A stretch of 64,000 nt of DNA. It comes from the human T2T-CHM13v2.0 reference genome, Homo sapiens. The translations under genes and the position numbers were made by a program. The DNA lies in the NCBI RefSeq assembly GCF_009914755.1, contig NC_060932.1; one strand, written 5' to 3'. The notes beneath the pieces were generated by a model that saw only the letters and a program-made list of their open reading frames with translations, ran no database searches and was not told the DNA's origin. How positions within the stretch are numbered: the stretch's first letter is position 1; each line of letters opens with the position of its first letter. Below, piece by piece: positions 30,546 through 43,929 of this stretch.

Positions 30546-30738
30546 ATACATAAAAGAGGACATGTTTGCAGGAAAAGCATAGATCTGTGTGGTTTTACAG
30601 AATATTACAATGGAACATCTGAGTTTTGTGTACCTGATGTGAAATCTGCTGATTATGAGCTATGCAATAAGACTGCCTATTGTCTTAGAGGAATATTCCA
30701 AGATAGGGATGGACAGTGCATGCAATTATTTGGACAAT
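30546..30738 (+). pseudogene. ADAM3-like exon, disintegrin loop/Cys-rich start: IHKRGHVCRKSIDLCGFTEYYNGTSEFCVPDVKSADYELCNKTAYCLRGIFQDRDGQCMQLFGQ
   Basis: ctcacag| acceptor and |gtaata donor, 193 nt. Shows the disintegrin pattern CR...C.FTEY.NGTS..CVPD. Confidence 0.95.
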
Positions 30739-31234
30739 GTAATAATTGTATATTTCTAGGTTCATTTTTAAACTGTAGTTATTCTAAAGTCAGTAATCCA
30801 TCCTATAACCATGAAAAGAGTGTTGTTTTTTTAAATCCAAATTTAAAAATAAAATTGCAATTTAAAGCAACTTTGAACTATATCAAGAGGTAAAATGGAC
30901 TTAATAATCACAGGACCAAAAAAATAGAGCATTAGTCAAATATCAGATGACAGAAAGGGAGCACACTATTAGAATAGTAAATAAGAGAGAAAATGACTGA
31001 TCTCTCAATTATTTCTACACTAAAATATCACTTTTGCTCTTTCTACCCAAGTGGGTAGTTTTTAGCAGGTGTTTCTCCTTTGTGTATAGACAATAATTAC
31101 ATCAAAAAGTTGTGGTGGATGACACTGAATGGGCATTATTGCTATATAGATATCTCCATATTAATTTACTACATTTTTATTTGTAACTAATTTTTTAAAA
31201 TGAGTAATTGGGACTTCTTTATTTATGTTTTCAG

Positions 31235-31325
31235 TTGCTCAGGGTGCTCCTTATCTGTGTTCACAAGAAGTGAATTTGCATGCCAACAATTTTGGAAACT
31301 GTAAAACTAGTTCCTATAATTTCGA
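31235..31325 (+). pseudogene. ADAM3-like exon, Cys-rich: (F)AQGAPYLCSQEVNLHANNFGNCKTSSYNF
   Basis: ttttcag| acceptor and a weak |gtacac donor. Contains the 'C..EVN.....FGNC' motif and is phase-compatible with its neighbours (1-2). Confidence 0.9.
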
Positions 31326-31588
31326 GTACACATTTTTAAACGTATACATTTTTCTAACGTTGGTATGTGCGTGTGTATTTCAGAGGGTCACTTAATACAA
31401 ATGAGAGATGTAGCATATACAGGTGAGTTTATATTTTGCACTTTATAAAGTGTTGTAGGTTCTGAATATAGTTGGTGGTGTAATCTAAGTAACATTTTGA
31501 ATTATCATTATATTTTGAGCTGTTATTTACCTAGTATATTGTGTCCTTAAGTGAAAAATGGCTAATTTTTTCTGCCTTATATTCCCAG

Positions 31589-31775
31589 ACGTGTCCTTTG
31601 TGCAAAGCTAGTTTGTCACTGGAAAAGTACAGAACTAATACGACATAAAGATGATGATGCTTAATATACTTACCTTGGAAACCATGTATGTGTGTCTACA
31701 TTTTTACGAAATTCATGTGGTAGCATAAAGGATAACTCCTATGTAAAAAATGGTACTTTTTGTGGTCTAGAAAAG
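31589..31775 (+). pseudogene. ADAM3-like exon, Cys-rich with nonsense codon: RVLCAKLVCHWKSTELIRHKDDDA*YTYLGNHVCVSTFLRNSCGSIKDNSYVKNGTFCGLEK
   Basis: ttcccag| acceptor and |gtaaat donor. TAA at 31662-31664. Motifs 'LC.KL.C' and 'YV..GT.CG' are present. Confidence 0.93.
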
Positions 31776-32699
31776 GTAAATAAAAATTTTACTTGATACT
31801 ATATGGTGTGTTTCTGCATACGCATAACAGTGTGAGTGAGAGAGATAGGCATCTTTACTGTTTTATTACTGTTACACATGTTTATTACTGCATGATCTTG
31901 AGATTCAACATCAGAATTCTTGTTGGTCAAAGGAACTCTTATTTTACTACCTGTCATTTTTTATTTTGAATTTTGCCATAGGTATTTAAATTTTTCTCAT
32001 ATTTGAGAACTAAATCTCTTTGTGAGGCAAGAATCTTATCTGAAATAATATGCCTAAACCTAGAACAAAAAATGAAATCAAACAACATTCCAAAAAATAA
32101 GGTCAGAAAATCTGAATAATTAGAACATTAAAGAAATACAGAAAAAAAAAACCCAAGTATTTAGTAATTGGCAAGGACTTGTTTAATTATAATGAAAGTA
32201 AAATATTTATTTGCTCATCGACCTACTCTCTGAATTCTTTCTCCAAAATCATGACATACCTATTAAAAATTTGGCACGTGCTTAACAGTAAAACATAGAG
32301 TTTAAGCTTTACTTATTTTTGAGAGGCATAATAGATGAAGGTTTTTGAACCAGTGCCATTGAAAAATTAGTTGACTGATGAAAAAGTACAAACTTATCAC
32401 ACATTTTACATAATTTTTATATAGAGCCAATATTTTAAGAAAAGAAAAACAAGAGGAAAATGGAAATTAATAGTAAACTTATCTCAGAATGGGAAAAGTT
32501 GTTACCACATAAAAATAATGAAGTAATAAAGAAACATTCTTGTGCTGGTTACATTATAAAGGAATATGTCAACCTTTCAAAGGATGACAAAATTGATAAA
32601 ACAAACTGACAAAAATGTTTACTATAAATATGACAGGGTAAATATATAATTTACAGCTAATTTAATCATCAATTAATTAAAGAAAAAGCACAAAAATGA

Positions 32700-33360
32700 T
32701 GTGTATATGTGCTATACTTCAGAAGACATTTGATCTTTGTCCCTGGTTCCTGGTGCAGAGCACCTAAAACTATTAGAATTTCCTGAGTGACAGGCCTGTC
32801 CTTTGTTATTCATAATGAGCCCTTTTCAATCAACATCTGAGTTTATGTTAATGCAGTAACTTAGGGTAGGGCCCCTAGATAGCCTCAGGATGGGGCTGGT
32901 CACCAGAAAGACCAAGTGATTAGAAGGTTGACACTCTCAGTCCTACCCAATGACCTTTGGAAAGGGACAAGGTGAAGCTGGTGATTGAGCTCCATAAAGA
33001 CTCTGTATGTGGCTCATGCCTGTAGTCCTGGCTACTTGAGAGGCTGAGGCAGGAGGACTGCTTGAGCCCTGGGGTTCGAGGGAAGCTCCAGTGTGTTTGA
33101 ATTGTGCCTGTGAATACTCAACTGCACTCCAGCCTGGGCAGCATATGGAGGCCCTATGTCTAAAAACAAGCAAACAAATAAACTTCTGAACAAAGAGATT
33201 CAGAGACAGCTTATGGATTGGTGAACACAATGACTTGCTGGGAGGGTGACGTGTCAGGAGAGGGCATGGAAACTCTGCCTGTACCACCTTGTCCCCATCA
33301 AATACCTTGCCCAACGCATCTCTTCCAGTGGGCTGCTCCTGAGTTATACCTTTATACTCC
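32700..33360. mobile_element. MER21-like LTR containing a FAM/FRAM Alu monomer (~33005-33180)
   Basis: cctggttcctgg..cagagc.cctaaaac and ggggctggtcaccagaaagacc motifs. The monomer contains gtgcctgtgaata..cactccagcctgggc. Confidence 0.6.
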
Positions 33361-33364
33361 TATA

Positions 33365-33859
33365 CTTTTTTTTACAGTTCTATTTTATTTTTAACAGACA
33401 AATGACAGTTGTGTATTTGCATGGTATACAATATGATGTTTTGAAACATGTATATACTGTGAAATGAACAAATCAGTCTAATAATTATCATATTCATTAC
33501 TTCAAATAGCTGTAATTTCCTTGCAGTGAGAACATTTATAATCCCCTTTCGGGTATTTTGAAATATACAATATATTATAATTAAGTATACTCACCTTGTT
33601 GTGCAATAGAAGATCCAAACTCATAATTAGCTTTGTACTCACTGACATGTTTTTCTTTTCTTTGTTCACTCCTCCCCTAACTCCTTGTAACCACCATTCT
33701 AGTCTCTACTTCCATGAGTTCAACATGTTTAGATTGCACATGTGAGTGAGATTATATTTGTCTCTCTGTGCCTGGCTTATTTTACTTAATGTCATATAGG
33801 CTCACCAGTGTTGTTGAAAATGAATTTCCTGTTATTTTTAAGTCTGAATAATATTTCAT

Positions 33860-33914
<55 letters not shown>

Positions 33915-34198
33915 GTCTACATTTTTACAAAATTCATGTGTAGCATAAAGGATAACTCCTATGTAAAAAATGGTACCTTTTGTGGTCTAGAAAAGGTAAA
34001 TAAAAATTTTACTTGATACTGAATGGTGTGTTTCTGCATACGCATAACAGTGTGAGTGAGAGAGATAGGCATCTTTACTGTTTTATTACTGTTACACATT
34101 TTTATTACTGCATGATCTTGAGATTCAACATCAGAATTCTTGTTGGTCAAAGGAACTCTTATTTTACTACCTGTCATTTTTTATTTTGAATTTTGTGT

Positions 34199-34283
<85 letters not shown>

Positions 34284-34672
34284 TCACATTAAAAAATATA
34301 TATGCATCTGTTGATGGACACTTAGGTTGTTTGCATACCTTGTCTATTGTGAATAATACTACAATAAACACGGGAGTCAGATATCTCTTTGGCATACTAA
34401 TTTTATTTCCATTAGATAAATACACAACAGTGGGACTGCTGGATCATATGATAGTTCTCTTTTTAGTTTTTTGAGGAATCACTGTACTGGTTTTCCAAAA
34501 TCACTGTATCAATTTACAATGCCACCAACAATGTATAAGCATTCCCTTTTCTCCACATCCTAACCAACACTTGTTATTTTTAATACTTTTGATAATAGCT
34601 AATCCGACAGGTTTGATGTGATGCTTCATGTGGTTGTAACTTGCATTTCTCTGATGATTAGAGATATTGAAA
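33365..34672 (-). mobile_element. L1MA-type 3' end, split at a (TG)n(TA)n/(CA)n microsatellite by the duplicated segment
   Basis: L1 sequence continues across the insert: ...ctgaataatatttcattgtgtg[insert]...cacatt...catctgttgatggacacttagg. Confidence 0.85.
33914..34195 (+). repeat. ~282-bp duplicate of 31693-31975 (pseudogene exon 3' part + intron)
   Basis: Base-by-base comparison gives 5 substitutions and a 1-nt deletion. Offset is about 2220 bp. Confidence 0.97.
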
Positions 34673-36282
34673 ATCTAATTGGGTGCTTTCTCTATGTGAC
34701 TAGGGTTTATCAAATGACAGCCTTCATCTTGGAAGCTGAGTTTAGGCCATGATCGCTAAACAAGATACTATACTAACCACTGATTTAATTGGGTAGTGCT
34801 TATTCTAGAGGACAGAACACTCTAGAAGCCTGAATTCCACAGTCTTATGAGTCTAGTTGCTTTAGGAAACAAAATACCCTTCTAAATCTTTGGGATAAAA
34901 GTGCTGTGTGAACTGCATTCAGTCATTGAGAGGGAGAGGGAAAAGTGAGTATTGGATGTTGAGAGCAAAGTAAGTTTTGTGTACAGACTTCTGTGGATAA
35001 GTCCACATCTTAGCCATCCCTCCCCTTCCTGTCCTTTCAGCTCTTCTCCCTCAGTTTTTCCTTATAATCTTGAGGCTGCAGCTCTTCAAAGCATTGCCAG
35101 GCTAATCAACCAGGCTCCTCTTTGCCACTGTCTTTGATATGGTTGCTTTCCCACTTCATTTTATCCATTGTTGATCTTCCTTTTTATTTCGGTATTCCAG
35201 GAAGTTCTTACATCTCTCTTCTTCCAATTGCGTCTTTTTGATTCTCCTTTATTCTCTTTTATTGGAAAAAGAGGGCTTTTGTGTTCACCAGCTCTGTCAA
35301 TTCAAATTGGAATTCTCTGGCTATTTTAAAAATTCATCAAAGGTGTGCTTTGTTTTCATTTGTTGTTCAACATTGTTCAAACGATTTCAGAGAGATAAGA
35401 AAGTAGAGACTTCTTTACCTCACCTTCATGAAATGTGGGTCCTTTGTAAAAATTAAATTTAACATATATTTATATTTACCTCTATCCATACATACCTATA
35501 TGAAAAGATAGATGCACTTTAACATATATCCACATCTACATCTATCTATACCTATATGACTTTAGACAGATGTACTTTATTTCTTATTTGTCAGTATCAA
35601 TATACATATATCTTATTAATTTGAATAAAGATTATAAATAAAACACTCATAGATTTAACATAGTAATATACTAAGTCAACAGTATACTACATGGAAATAG
35701 GCATTTCCAGCAAGGCAAATTTGCTTAATACTGGTTGTGATACAAAGTGCCTTTGAATTTGTTATTTATAAAACTTAAACAGGAGAAGAGGTTATCAAAC
35801 TGATCCTAGTCCATGTATATTAGCTAGGAGAGATAAGAACATCTAAGTATAATCATTTGATAACTGAAAAGGAATATGCTTCGGGCATATTGATGAGATC
35901 ATCAACAGAGAGTTTTTCAAACTAATAAGCTAGCCAGTGAATTTAAAAAATAACATTAACTGCCTTTCTTTTACTCATTCTTATACACAGGACTATAAGT
36001 AAATATGATATTCAATATTTTATAAATATATTTAATATTTTATAAAGTAATTTAATTTTAATTTACTTCATTGCTTAATTTTTCTATAAAGTTATAAAGT
36101 AATAACATATCATTTTGATAGTGACTTCAGGTTCTATTACTACAATGAACAAAAGTCATCAAATCCAAATTTATGTTTGTGTTTATATCTTATGAATATA
36201 GTTCTTGTACAAAATACAGTTGCTCAACTCTTGACTTTGCGTTTAAAATTTTTTCTTGTTATTGGTTACTTTAACATTTTAG

Positions 36283-36369
36283 TTATGTGATAATGGAGTT
36301 TGCCAACTTGTGAGCACATATGCAGATAGAAGACAAGGTAACTGGGAAGAAAAATGCGGTGGACATGGG
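36283..36369 (+). pseudogene. ADAM3-like exon: LCDNGVCQLVSTYADRRQGNWEEKCGGHG
   Basis: attttag| acceptor and |gtatgt donor, 87 nt. Contains 'C..G.C' and 'KC.GHG' at the Cys-rich/EGF junction. Confidence 0.9.
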
Positions 36370-37549
36370 GTATGTAACAGTTACCCTATTTTCAAATAAA
36401 GTTATTTTAATCCTTATCAATAACATTTTCAAGGAAAATAATAAGCTAGAGAATTTTCTGATGTAAAAATTTCTTTTAGAAAATTGCAGCTAAATAAAGG
36501 TAACATATTCTACTATTTTAACATATATATGTGATTTATATTTACAATCAAACTGTTACAGGCCTGAGAAGCAAATAAGGTTTGAACCTTGTACAAAAAT
36601 ACAAAAGTAAACATAATTCTTTATTATAATGTTAGAGTCAGATTACTATAATGTTAGCTTTAGAATTTTGAAAATGGATTTAATAAGGATTACACACATA
36701 TATTTATATATACACATACACATTACTCATAATTGAGTGTATGTGTATACAAATATATTTATAAACACTCATACACTTAATGTATTTATCTTATACACAT
36801 TGCTTATAATCTAAGTTTTTTTGTGGGAGTAGGGTTTCCTGTTCATCTGTTAAACCCTTTAAAGACTTTATTTCCCTGTATGGATCTTGAAAAGTCAATG
36901 AATCTGAAAAATCATTTACTGTTGGTCTTTTGGATAATGTTAAATTTTAATGTAACTATTGCAAATAGTAGTACAAGATACATTGTTGTACAATGACCTT
37001 TGCACATTTATCTGATAGTTTAAGTTATTAGCAATGAAATGTGATGATCCAAATATATGCACCACTTAAATATTCATAAGTATCATTATCTTCAAGAAAT
37101 ATCATGACTGTTTTTTTTTTTTTGCCACGTATCATATACAGAAATATACACTTCAATATATTCTGGCCAGACTAATTTATCAGTCTGTTAAATACGTTCT
37201 AAACATGCTAAATCAATTGTTAATTTGAATTTATTTGATAACTAATAATTGAGTTCTTCAGAATGCATTTGGCTTGCACTTTGGGACCAGTGTCTTCTTC
37301 CATACTTGCATTTCATATTTATATAGGTATTTCATATTTATATATGTATATATATTTATATGTATATATTCAGAAAAAAGTGACCTATCTGCATGTCTTA
37401 GATCAGAATTTTCTCCTAAATTACTTATATATCCTATTACTTAGAGTTTCTTTTCTTATTCTTTATTATTTAATTTTAATTTACTTTGTTACTTAATTTT
37501 TTCATAAGCCTATTTCTGGGTTCCCAATTCTGCCACTGATTGTTTTCTT

Positions 37550-39061
37550 TTTCTGTTTTTTTTTTTTTCACCTTTTAAGTTCAAGGTTGCATGCACAAGT
37601 TTGTTAACATAGGTAAACTTGTGTCTTTGGGGTTTGTTACATAGATTATTTCATCCCCAGGTATTAAGCCTAGTACACATTAGTTATTTTTCCTGATCCT
37701 CTCCCTTCTCCAACCCTCCATCCTCCAATAGGCCCCACTACGTATTTTTCCCCTTTATGTGTCCATGTAGTCTCATCATTTGCTCCCACTTATAAGTGAG
37801 AACATGTGGTATTTGTCCCTGCAAAGGAGATGGCATTGTTCTTTTTTATGGCTTCATAGTATTCCATGGTGTATAGTTGTAGGTGTGCAGTCTTATTCCT
37901 GAATTCTCCATGTTGTCCCTTGGTCTATGTGTCCGTTTTTGTACCAGTACTATGCTGTTTTGGTTACTATAGCTCTGTAGTATAGTTTGAATTCAGGTAG
38001 TGTGATGCTTCCAGCTTTGTTCTTTTTGCTTAGGATTGCCTTGGATGTTTGGGCTCTTTTTTGGTTTCATATGAATTTTAAAATAGTTTTTTTTCTAGTT
38101 CTGTGAAGAGTCTCGATGGTAGTTTAATAGGAATAACATTGAATTTGGAAATTGCTTTGGGCAGTATGGCCATTTTTGCAATATTGATTCTTCCTATTCA
38201 TGAGCATGGAATGTTTTTCCATTTGTTTGTGTCACATCTGATTTATTTGAGCAGCGGTTTGTAATTCTCCTTGTAGAGATCTTTCATCTCACTAGCTAGC
38301 TATATTCCTAAGTATTTTATTCCTTGACAATTGTGATTCCTTGATGTTCATCAATGAAAAAATCCTCAAGAAAATACTGGCAAACCGAATCCAGCAGCAA
38401 ATCAAAAACCTTATCCACCATGATCATCTAGGCTTTATGTCTGGATGCAAGGCTGGTTCAACATACACAAATAAATAAATGTGATTCATCACATAAACAG
38501 AGCTAAAGACAAAAACACATGATTATCTCAATAGATGCAGAAAAGGCTTTTGATAAAATTCAACATCCATTCATGTTAAAAACACTCAATAAACTAGGTA
38601 TTGAAGGAACATACCTCATAATAAGAGCCATCTATAACAAACACACAGACAACATCATACTAAATGGGCAAAAGCTGGAAGCATTCCCCTTGAAAACTGT
38701 CACAAGACAAGGTTGCCCTCTCTCACCACTCACATTCAATGTAATTTTGAAAGTTCTGGCCAGTGCATTTAGGCAAGAGAATGAAATAAAGAGCATTCAA
38801 ATAGGAAGACACGGAGTCAAATTGTCCCTTTTTGCAGAGGACATGATCCTATATCTAGAAAACCCTATAGTCTCAGCCCAAAAGCTTCTTAAAATAATAA
38901 ACAACTTCAGCAAAGTCTCAGGATACAAAATCGGTAGGAAAAATTACTAACATTCCTATACAACAACAACAGTCAAGCTGAGGGTCAAATCAGAAGTGAA
39001 CTCCCATTCACAGTTGCCACAAAAAGAATAAAATACCTAGGGATACAGCTAACTAGGGAGG
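37550..39061 (-). mobile_element. Inverted (twin-primed) L1PA-type insertion: 3' part on - strand (~37550-38337), 5' part on + strand (~38338-39061)
   Basis: Poly(T) and antisense 3' UTR/ORF2 are followed by a sense RT segment (ORF 38519-38950, [17 protein letters not shown]). TSD tgat(tg/ca)ttttctt. Confidence 0.85.
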
Positions 39062-39338
39062 TGATCATTTTCTTATTCATCCACTACATCACATTTGAAA
39101 TATTTTTTAGTTTTACATATAAATGTTGATATCTGTATCCGAAAGCACACTTGCCCTTTGTTTTTGTTTGCTTGTTTGTTTTCATAAAAGTTGGCTCTGA
39201 TTGCAGCTATTTTACTTAAACCTATCACAATTCAGAATACATTTTTACTTCAATCACAACATAGTTTCTAGCTTCATAATTTCTATGCCTTTCTAGCATA
39301 AGGCATTTCAATCGTATCAAGAATGTTATCTAGTTTTA

Positions 39339-39920
<582 letters not shown>

Positions 39921-39948
39921 CTCTTATTTTATTTGCTTTTGGTTTTAG

Positions 39949-40060
39949 GTTTGCAATACTCTGAATAATTGTCAACGTGATGTTGCATATTCTCCTCAAA
40001 CTTGTAGGCAAGATAGTTCATCACCAGGAGGAAGTATTGATGATGGGTTTTGGATTTTAG
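39949..40060 (+). pseudogene. ADAM3-like exon, EGF-like: VCNTLNNCQRDVAYSPQTCRQDSSSPGGSIDDGFWIL
   Basis: ggttttag| acceptor and |gttagt donor, 112 nt. Contains 'CN..NNCQ' and the hallmark 'SPGGSIDDG'. Confidence 0.95.
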
Positions 40061-40074
40061 GTTAGTCTCTAGAT

Positions 40075-40255
40075 CTATGTTCCAATAGAGGTTTCTGCTC
40101 TCAAAGAAATGGTCTACATCTCTGCTGTCCTATGTGGCTATTGAGCACCTGACGTGGATGGTACAACCAAGGAACTGAAATTTCAACTGTATTTTACTTT
40201 AATTTAAATTTATATAACCATTTGTGGCTAGTGGCTGGTATATTGGATAGTGCAG
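40075..40255. mobile_element. MER3-like hAT-Charlie DNA transposon
   Basis: atgtggctattgagcac and gtggctagtggct..tattggatagtgcag motifs. 8-bp TSD ctctagat at 40067-40074 and 40256-40263. Confidence 0.85.
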
Positions 40256-40389
40256 CTCTAGATTGTACTGTCAACCAAACTTTTCTGTACTCTTAATTTT
40301 CATCCAGAAGTCAACATTTGAAGAATCCTTTCCTCAGCTTAATTATTAACTGAGGTCCCAAGAGCATTTCTATTTATTTAAACTTCAAA

Positions 40390-41589
40390 GGACCTGCCAA
40401 ACCATTTTCCAGAATGGCTGTGTCATTTGACATTCCCACCAATAATATATGAATGACCCAATTTTTTGGCATTCTCACTAACATTAGATGGTATCATTAT
40501 TTTTTAAGCCATTCTAATAGGAGTATATTAATATCTATTGTCGTTTTAATTGTGCTTCCTTCAGTATGTAGTGATGTTAAACATGTTTACTGTGTTTATT
40601 TGGTATCTGTATATTCTCTTCAGGGAAAAGTCTATTCATATATTTTGCCCATTTGTAAAATTGGATTGTTTGTGTTTTTTTAATATTGCATTTTGAGAAA
40701 TTTTACATTTTCTAGATACAAGTATTTTTTTGAGAATACGTTGCTTCACACGTATTTTCTTCAAGTCTGTAATTAATTTTTTCAGATTAATTATTTTTTA
40801 AGTTTTATTTTGATAGGGCATTTTTTTTTCCAGTTTAGGATCATGCTATATTGAACTCTCTACCTGTCCTAAGTTCTAAAGATTTTTTGCAATGATATTT
40901 CTAAAAAATATAGTTCTTTATTTTTCATTTAGGTTCATTATATATTTTGAGTTATTTTTATGAAAGATGGGAGATACTAAGACAACACTAATTTTTTTAT
41001 TTATGGATGTCCAAGTTTTCCAGCAGCATTTTTTGAAAAAGCTATTACTCATCCATTGAATTTCTTCTCTCACCTATGTCCCAAACATTGGATAGATTTC
41101 TGTTGGTGTATTTCTTAATCCTCTCTTCTTATCTTTTGATCTTTGCGTCATTTTCTCCACCAGTACCACACTGCTTATTATAGCTATGTCATAATTTTTA
41201 ACATTGTAAAATAATACTTGTTCTTCAAAGTCATTGTGCCTATTTTAGAATTTCTCCTTTCATATGTATTTTAGAATGAGCAGAATAAGCTTATCTATGT
41301 TTATAAAATATCTTGCTGTGATTTCGATACAAATTGTATTAAACCTATAGACCATTTTTGGAAGAATTTGCCTCTCTTCTATTATTGAATCTTCCGGTTT
41401 ATGGACATATGTATCTCCCTGCATTAGTCTGTTATCACACTGCTATAAAGATACTACCTGAGACTGGGTAATTTACCAACAAAAGAGAATTAGTTGACTC
41501 ACAGTTTCACATGGCTTGGGAGGCCTCAGAAAACTTACAATCATGATGGATATGATGGGGAAGCAGGCACCTTCTTCTCAAGACAGCAG

Positions 41590-41637
<48 letters not shown>

Positions 41638-43280
41638 AGATAAGGGGAAACAGCCACACACTCATGAAGCAACCAGATCTCATGAGAACTCCACCATGAG
41701 AACAGCATGAGGGAAACCACCCCCATGATCCAATCACCCTACCAGGTCCCTCCCTCCACACATGGGAATTACAATTAGAGATAAGATTTGGTTGGGGACA
41801 CAGAGCCAAACCATGTCACTCCATTTATATAGGTCTTCTTAGATTTCTTTCATCAGAATATTGTAACTTTCAAAAATACATGTTTTGTTGTTTCATTATT
41901 GAGTACTTCATTTTCTTTAGAGCAATTATAAATGATTTTTTTTTTAAATTTTCACTTGTTCACTGTAAGTATACAGATACGCAATTAATTTTTGGGTGTT
42001 GATCTTGGATTCTGCAACATAATAGAATTCATTTTTAGTTCTGAGGTTTTTTTCTAAGTACCTTCAGATTTCTATGTAGACTATCATGTTATTTTTAAAA
42101 ACAGATAGTTTTTTTCAGTATAAATCCCTTTTATTTCTTATTATATTGGCTAGAATTGAAGTGAGAGTAAAGATTCTAGCTTTAATAATGATTTTAGGAG
42201 GAGAATAATTCAGGCTTTTACTATCAAGTCTGATGCTAGCTGTAGGGATTTTGCTTTGTTTTGTTTGGAGATAATCCTTATGAGTTTGAGGAAATTTCTC
42301 TCAATACCTAGTTTCTGAGATAGTTTTTTAATATATAGCATTGGGTTTTATGAATGTATTTAGTTTCAATGGCTAGGATCATATGATTTTACCTTTTTGT
42401 CTGTTGACATAATGGATTACATGAATTTTGGATACTGAACTAATCTTGACTATCTAAAATAAATTCTTCTTGTCTATAATCTATTATTTTATCGTTAGTT
42501 ATATTTTTATAAAGATAATATTCTTATTATTGCTTTTATTATTTATTTTGATTATCTATTATTTATTGCACATTACTAAATTTGACTTGTTAATACTTTG
42601 TTGAGGATATTTGTATTTTTTTTAAGATAATGGTTTATATCTGTCATTCTTTCTTCATTGTACTGTCTTTATTTTGTTTAGGTATCAGTAATACTAGCCT
42701 CACAAAATGAGATGTGAAGTATTTACTTCTATATTCAATATTACTTAAAATCGACAGTATTGCTTTTTAAAGAACATTTTCCAGTTAATTCTCATGGGCC
42801 AGTAGATTTCTTTTCAGGGAGTTTTTGAATTTTTAAAACAATTATTTTTAAATTTAAAGACAAAATTGCATATATTTATCATGTACAACATCTCATATAT
42901 TGATCATTTTGGTCATGAGAACATTTTAAATCCACTCTCTTTGCATTTTTAAGAACACATCTTTATTTTCTTAATACATATGTAGCCATTCATAGCATCC
43001 ATTTCATATTAGCTGAGTTGAGTAGTTTGTACTTTCTGAATAATTGGTCTAAATAATTCTTTTCTACTTCTATCAAATACTGAGACAGAAGTTTTTAAAA
43101 GCTCCAATCATGATTGTGGATTTATTTCTGTATTTGTTATTTCACTGTATTTTTCATTCCATCTTGAATCTTCATTAATTGCTGCATTCATTGGATTTTA
43201 ATGTTTTCGTGTGGAATAGCTTCTTTTATTACCTCTGTAATGTATTTCTTCATATTTGTCTTGAAGTCTACTTTATCTGA
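40390..43280 (-). mobile_element. Old degraded L1 (L1M) ORF2/3' remnants
   Basis: Antisense motifs cattcccaccaa, ccagtaccacactg and tttgttgaggatattt. Boundaries approximate. Confidence 0.65.
41420..41818 (-). mobile_element. MST-family (MaLR) solo LTR with internal (GA)n
   Basis: Termini tgcattagtctgtt...cagagccaaaccatgtca, with TSD ctccc/ctcca. Confidence 0.88.
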
Positions 43281-43469
43281 AAATAACCCTCAGAGGTCAT
43301 CTTTAACCTGGGGCCCATTAAATCTTTATTTTGTGTCCTTTAAAAGTCATATCACAGATTATTTAGAGAAGTAGGAATAAAAGTAGCAAAAACCAGCTTT
43401 ATAAAATCTTAAATTGAAATTTAAACATAGAAAATCAACTTTTTAGTCTACATTTTTATTGTATTTCAA

Positions 43470-43716
43470 TATGAATGAGATGAGATTAGTGCACTTGTAA
43501 AAGAGATCCCAGTGAAATTCTTCACCCTTTCCACAAGTGAGGTTATAGCAAGAAGATGGCTATCTATGAATGAGGAAGCAGGCCCTGACCACACAATGTC
43601 CCTAGCACCTTGATCTTGGACTTCCTAGCTCCAGAACTGTGAGAAGCACAATTCTGTTGCTTATAAGCCACCAAGTCCGTGATATTTTTGTAATAGCAGC
43701 CTAAACAGACTAAGAT
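43470..43716 (+). mobile_element. MLT1-family LTR fragment
   Basis: ccttgatcttggacttcctagc.ccagaactgtgag...cagactaagat. Confidence 0.75.
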
Positions 43717-43929
43717 AATTATCATTACAGATTAGAGTCTTGCTTTATGTTTCTTTGGATTTGTCTGATTCATATTGTGTAATGTCTTCTTGTACTGATT
43801 TTTAAAAATTATTATGGGCAGTACAGAAAAATCTGAATTCTCACTTGTGTTCAATAATAGCTAAAATAAATAGACAATTTGTCTTCAAGACTCTTCTGTA
43901 CCTTCTTGAAAACTGACACATTACTTTGG

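Noticed and set aside
30480-30893. 137-aa ORF with a disintegrin-like core as a stand-alone small protein
   Set aside because: It is one pseudogene exon plus flanking intron and microsatellite sequence, with no signal peptide and with lost cysteines.
38519-38950. Reverse-transcriptase-like ORF as a possible novel RT system
   Set aside because: It is an ordinary L1 ORF2 RT fragment inside a dead, inverted L1.
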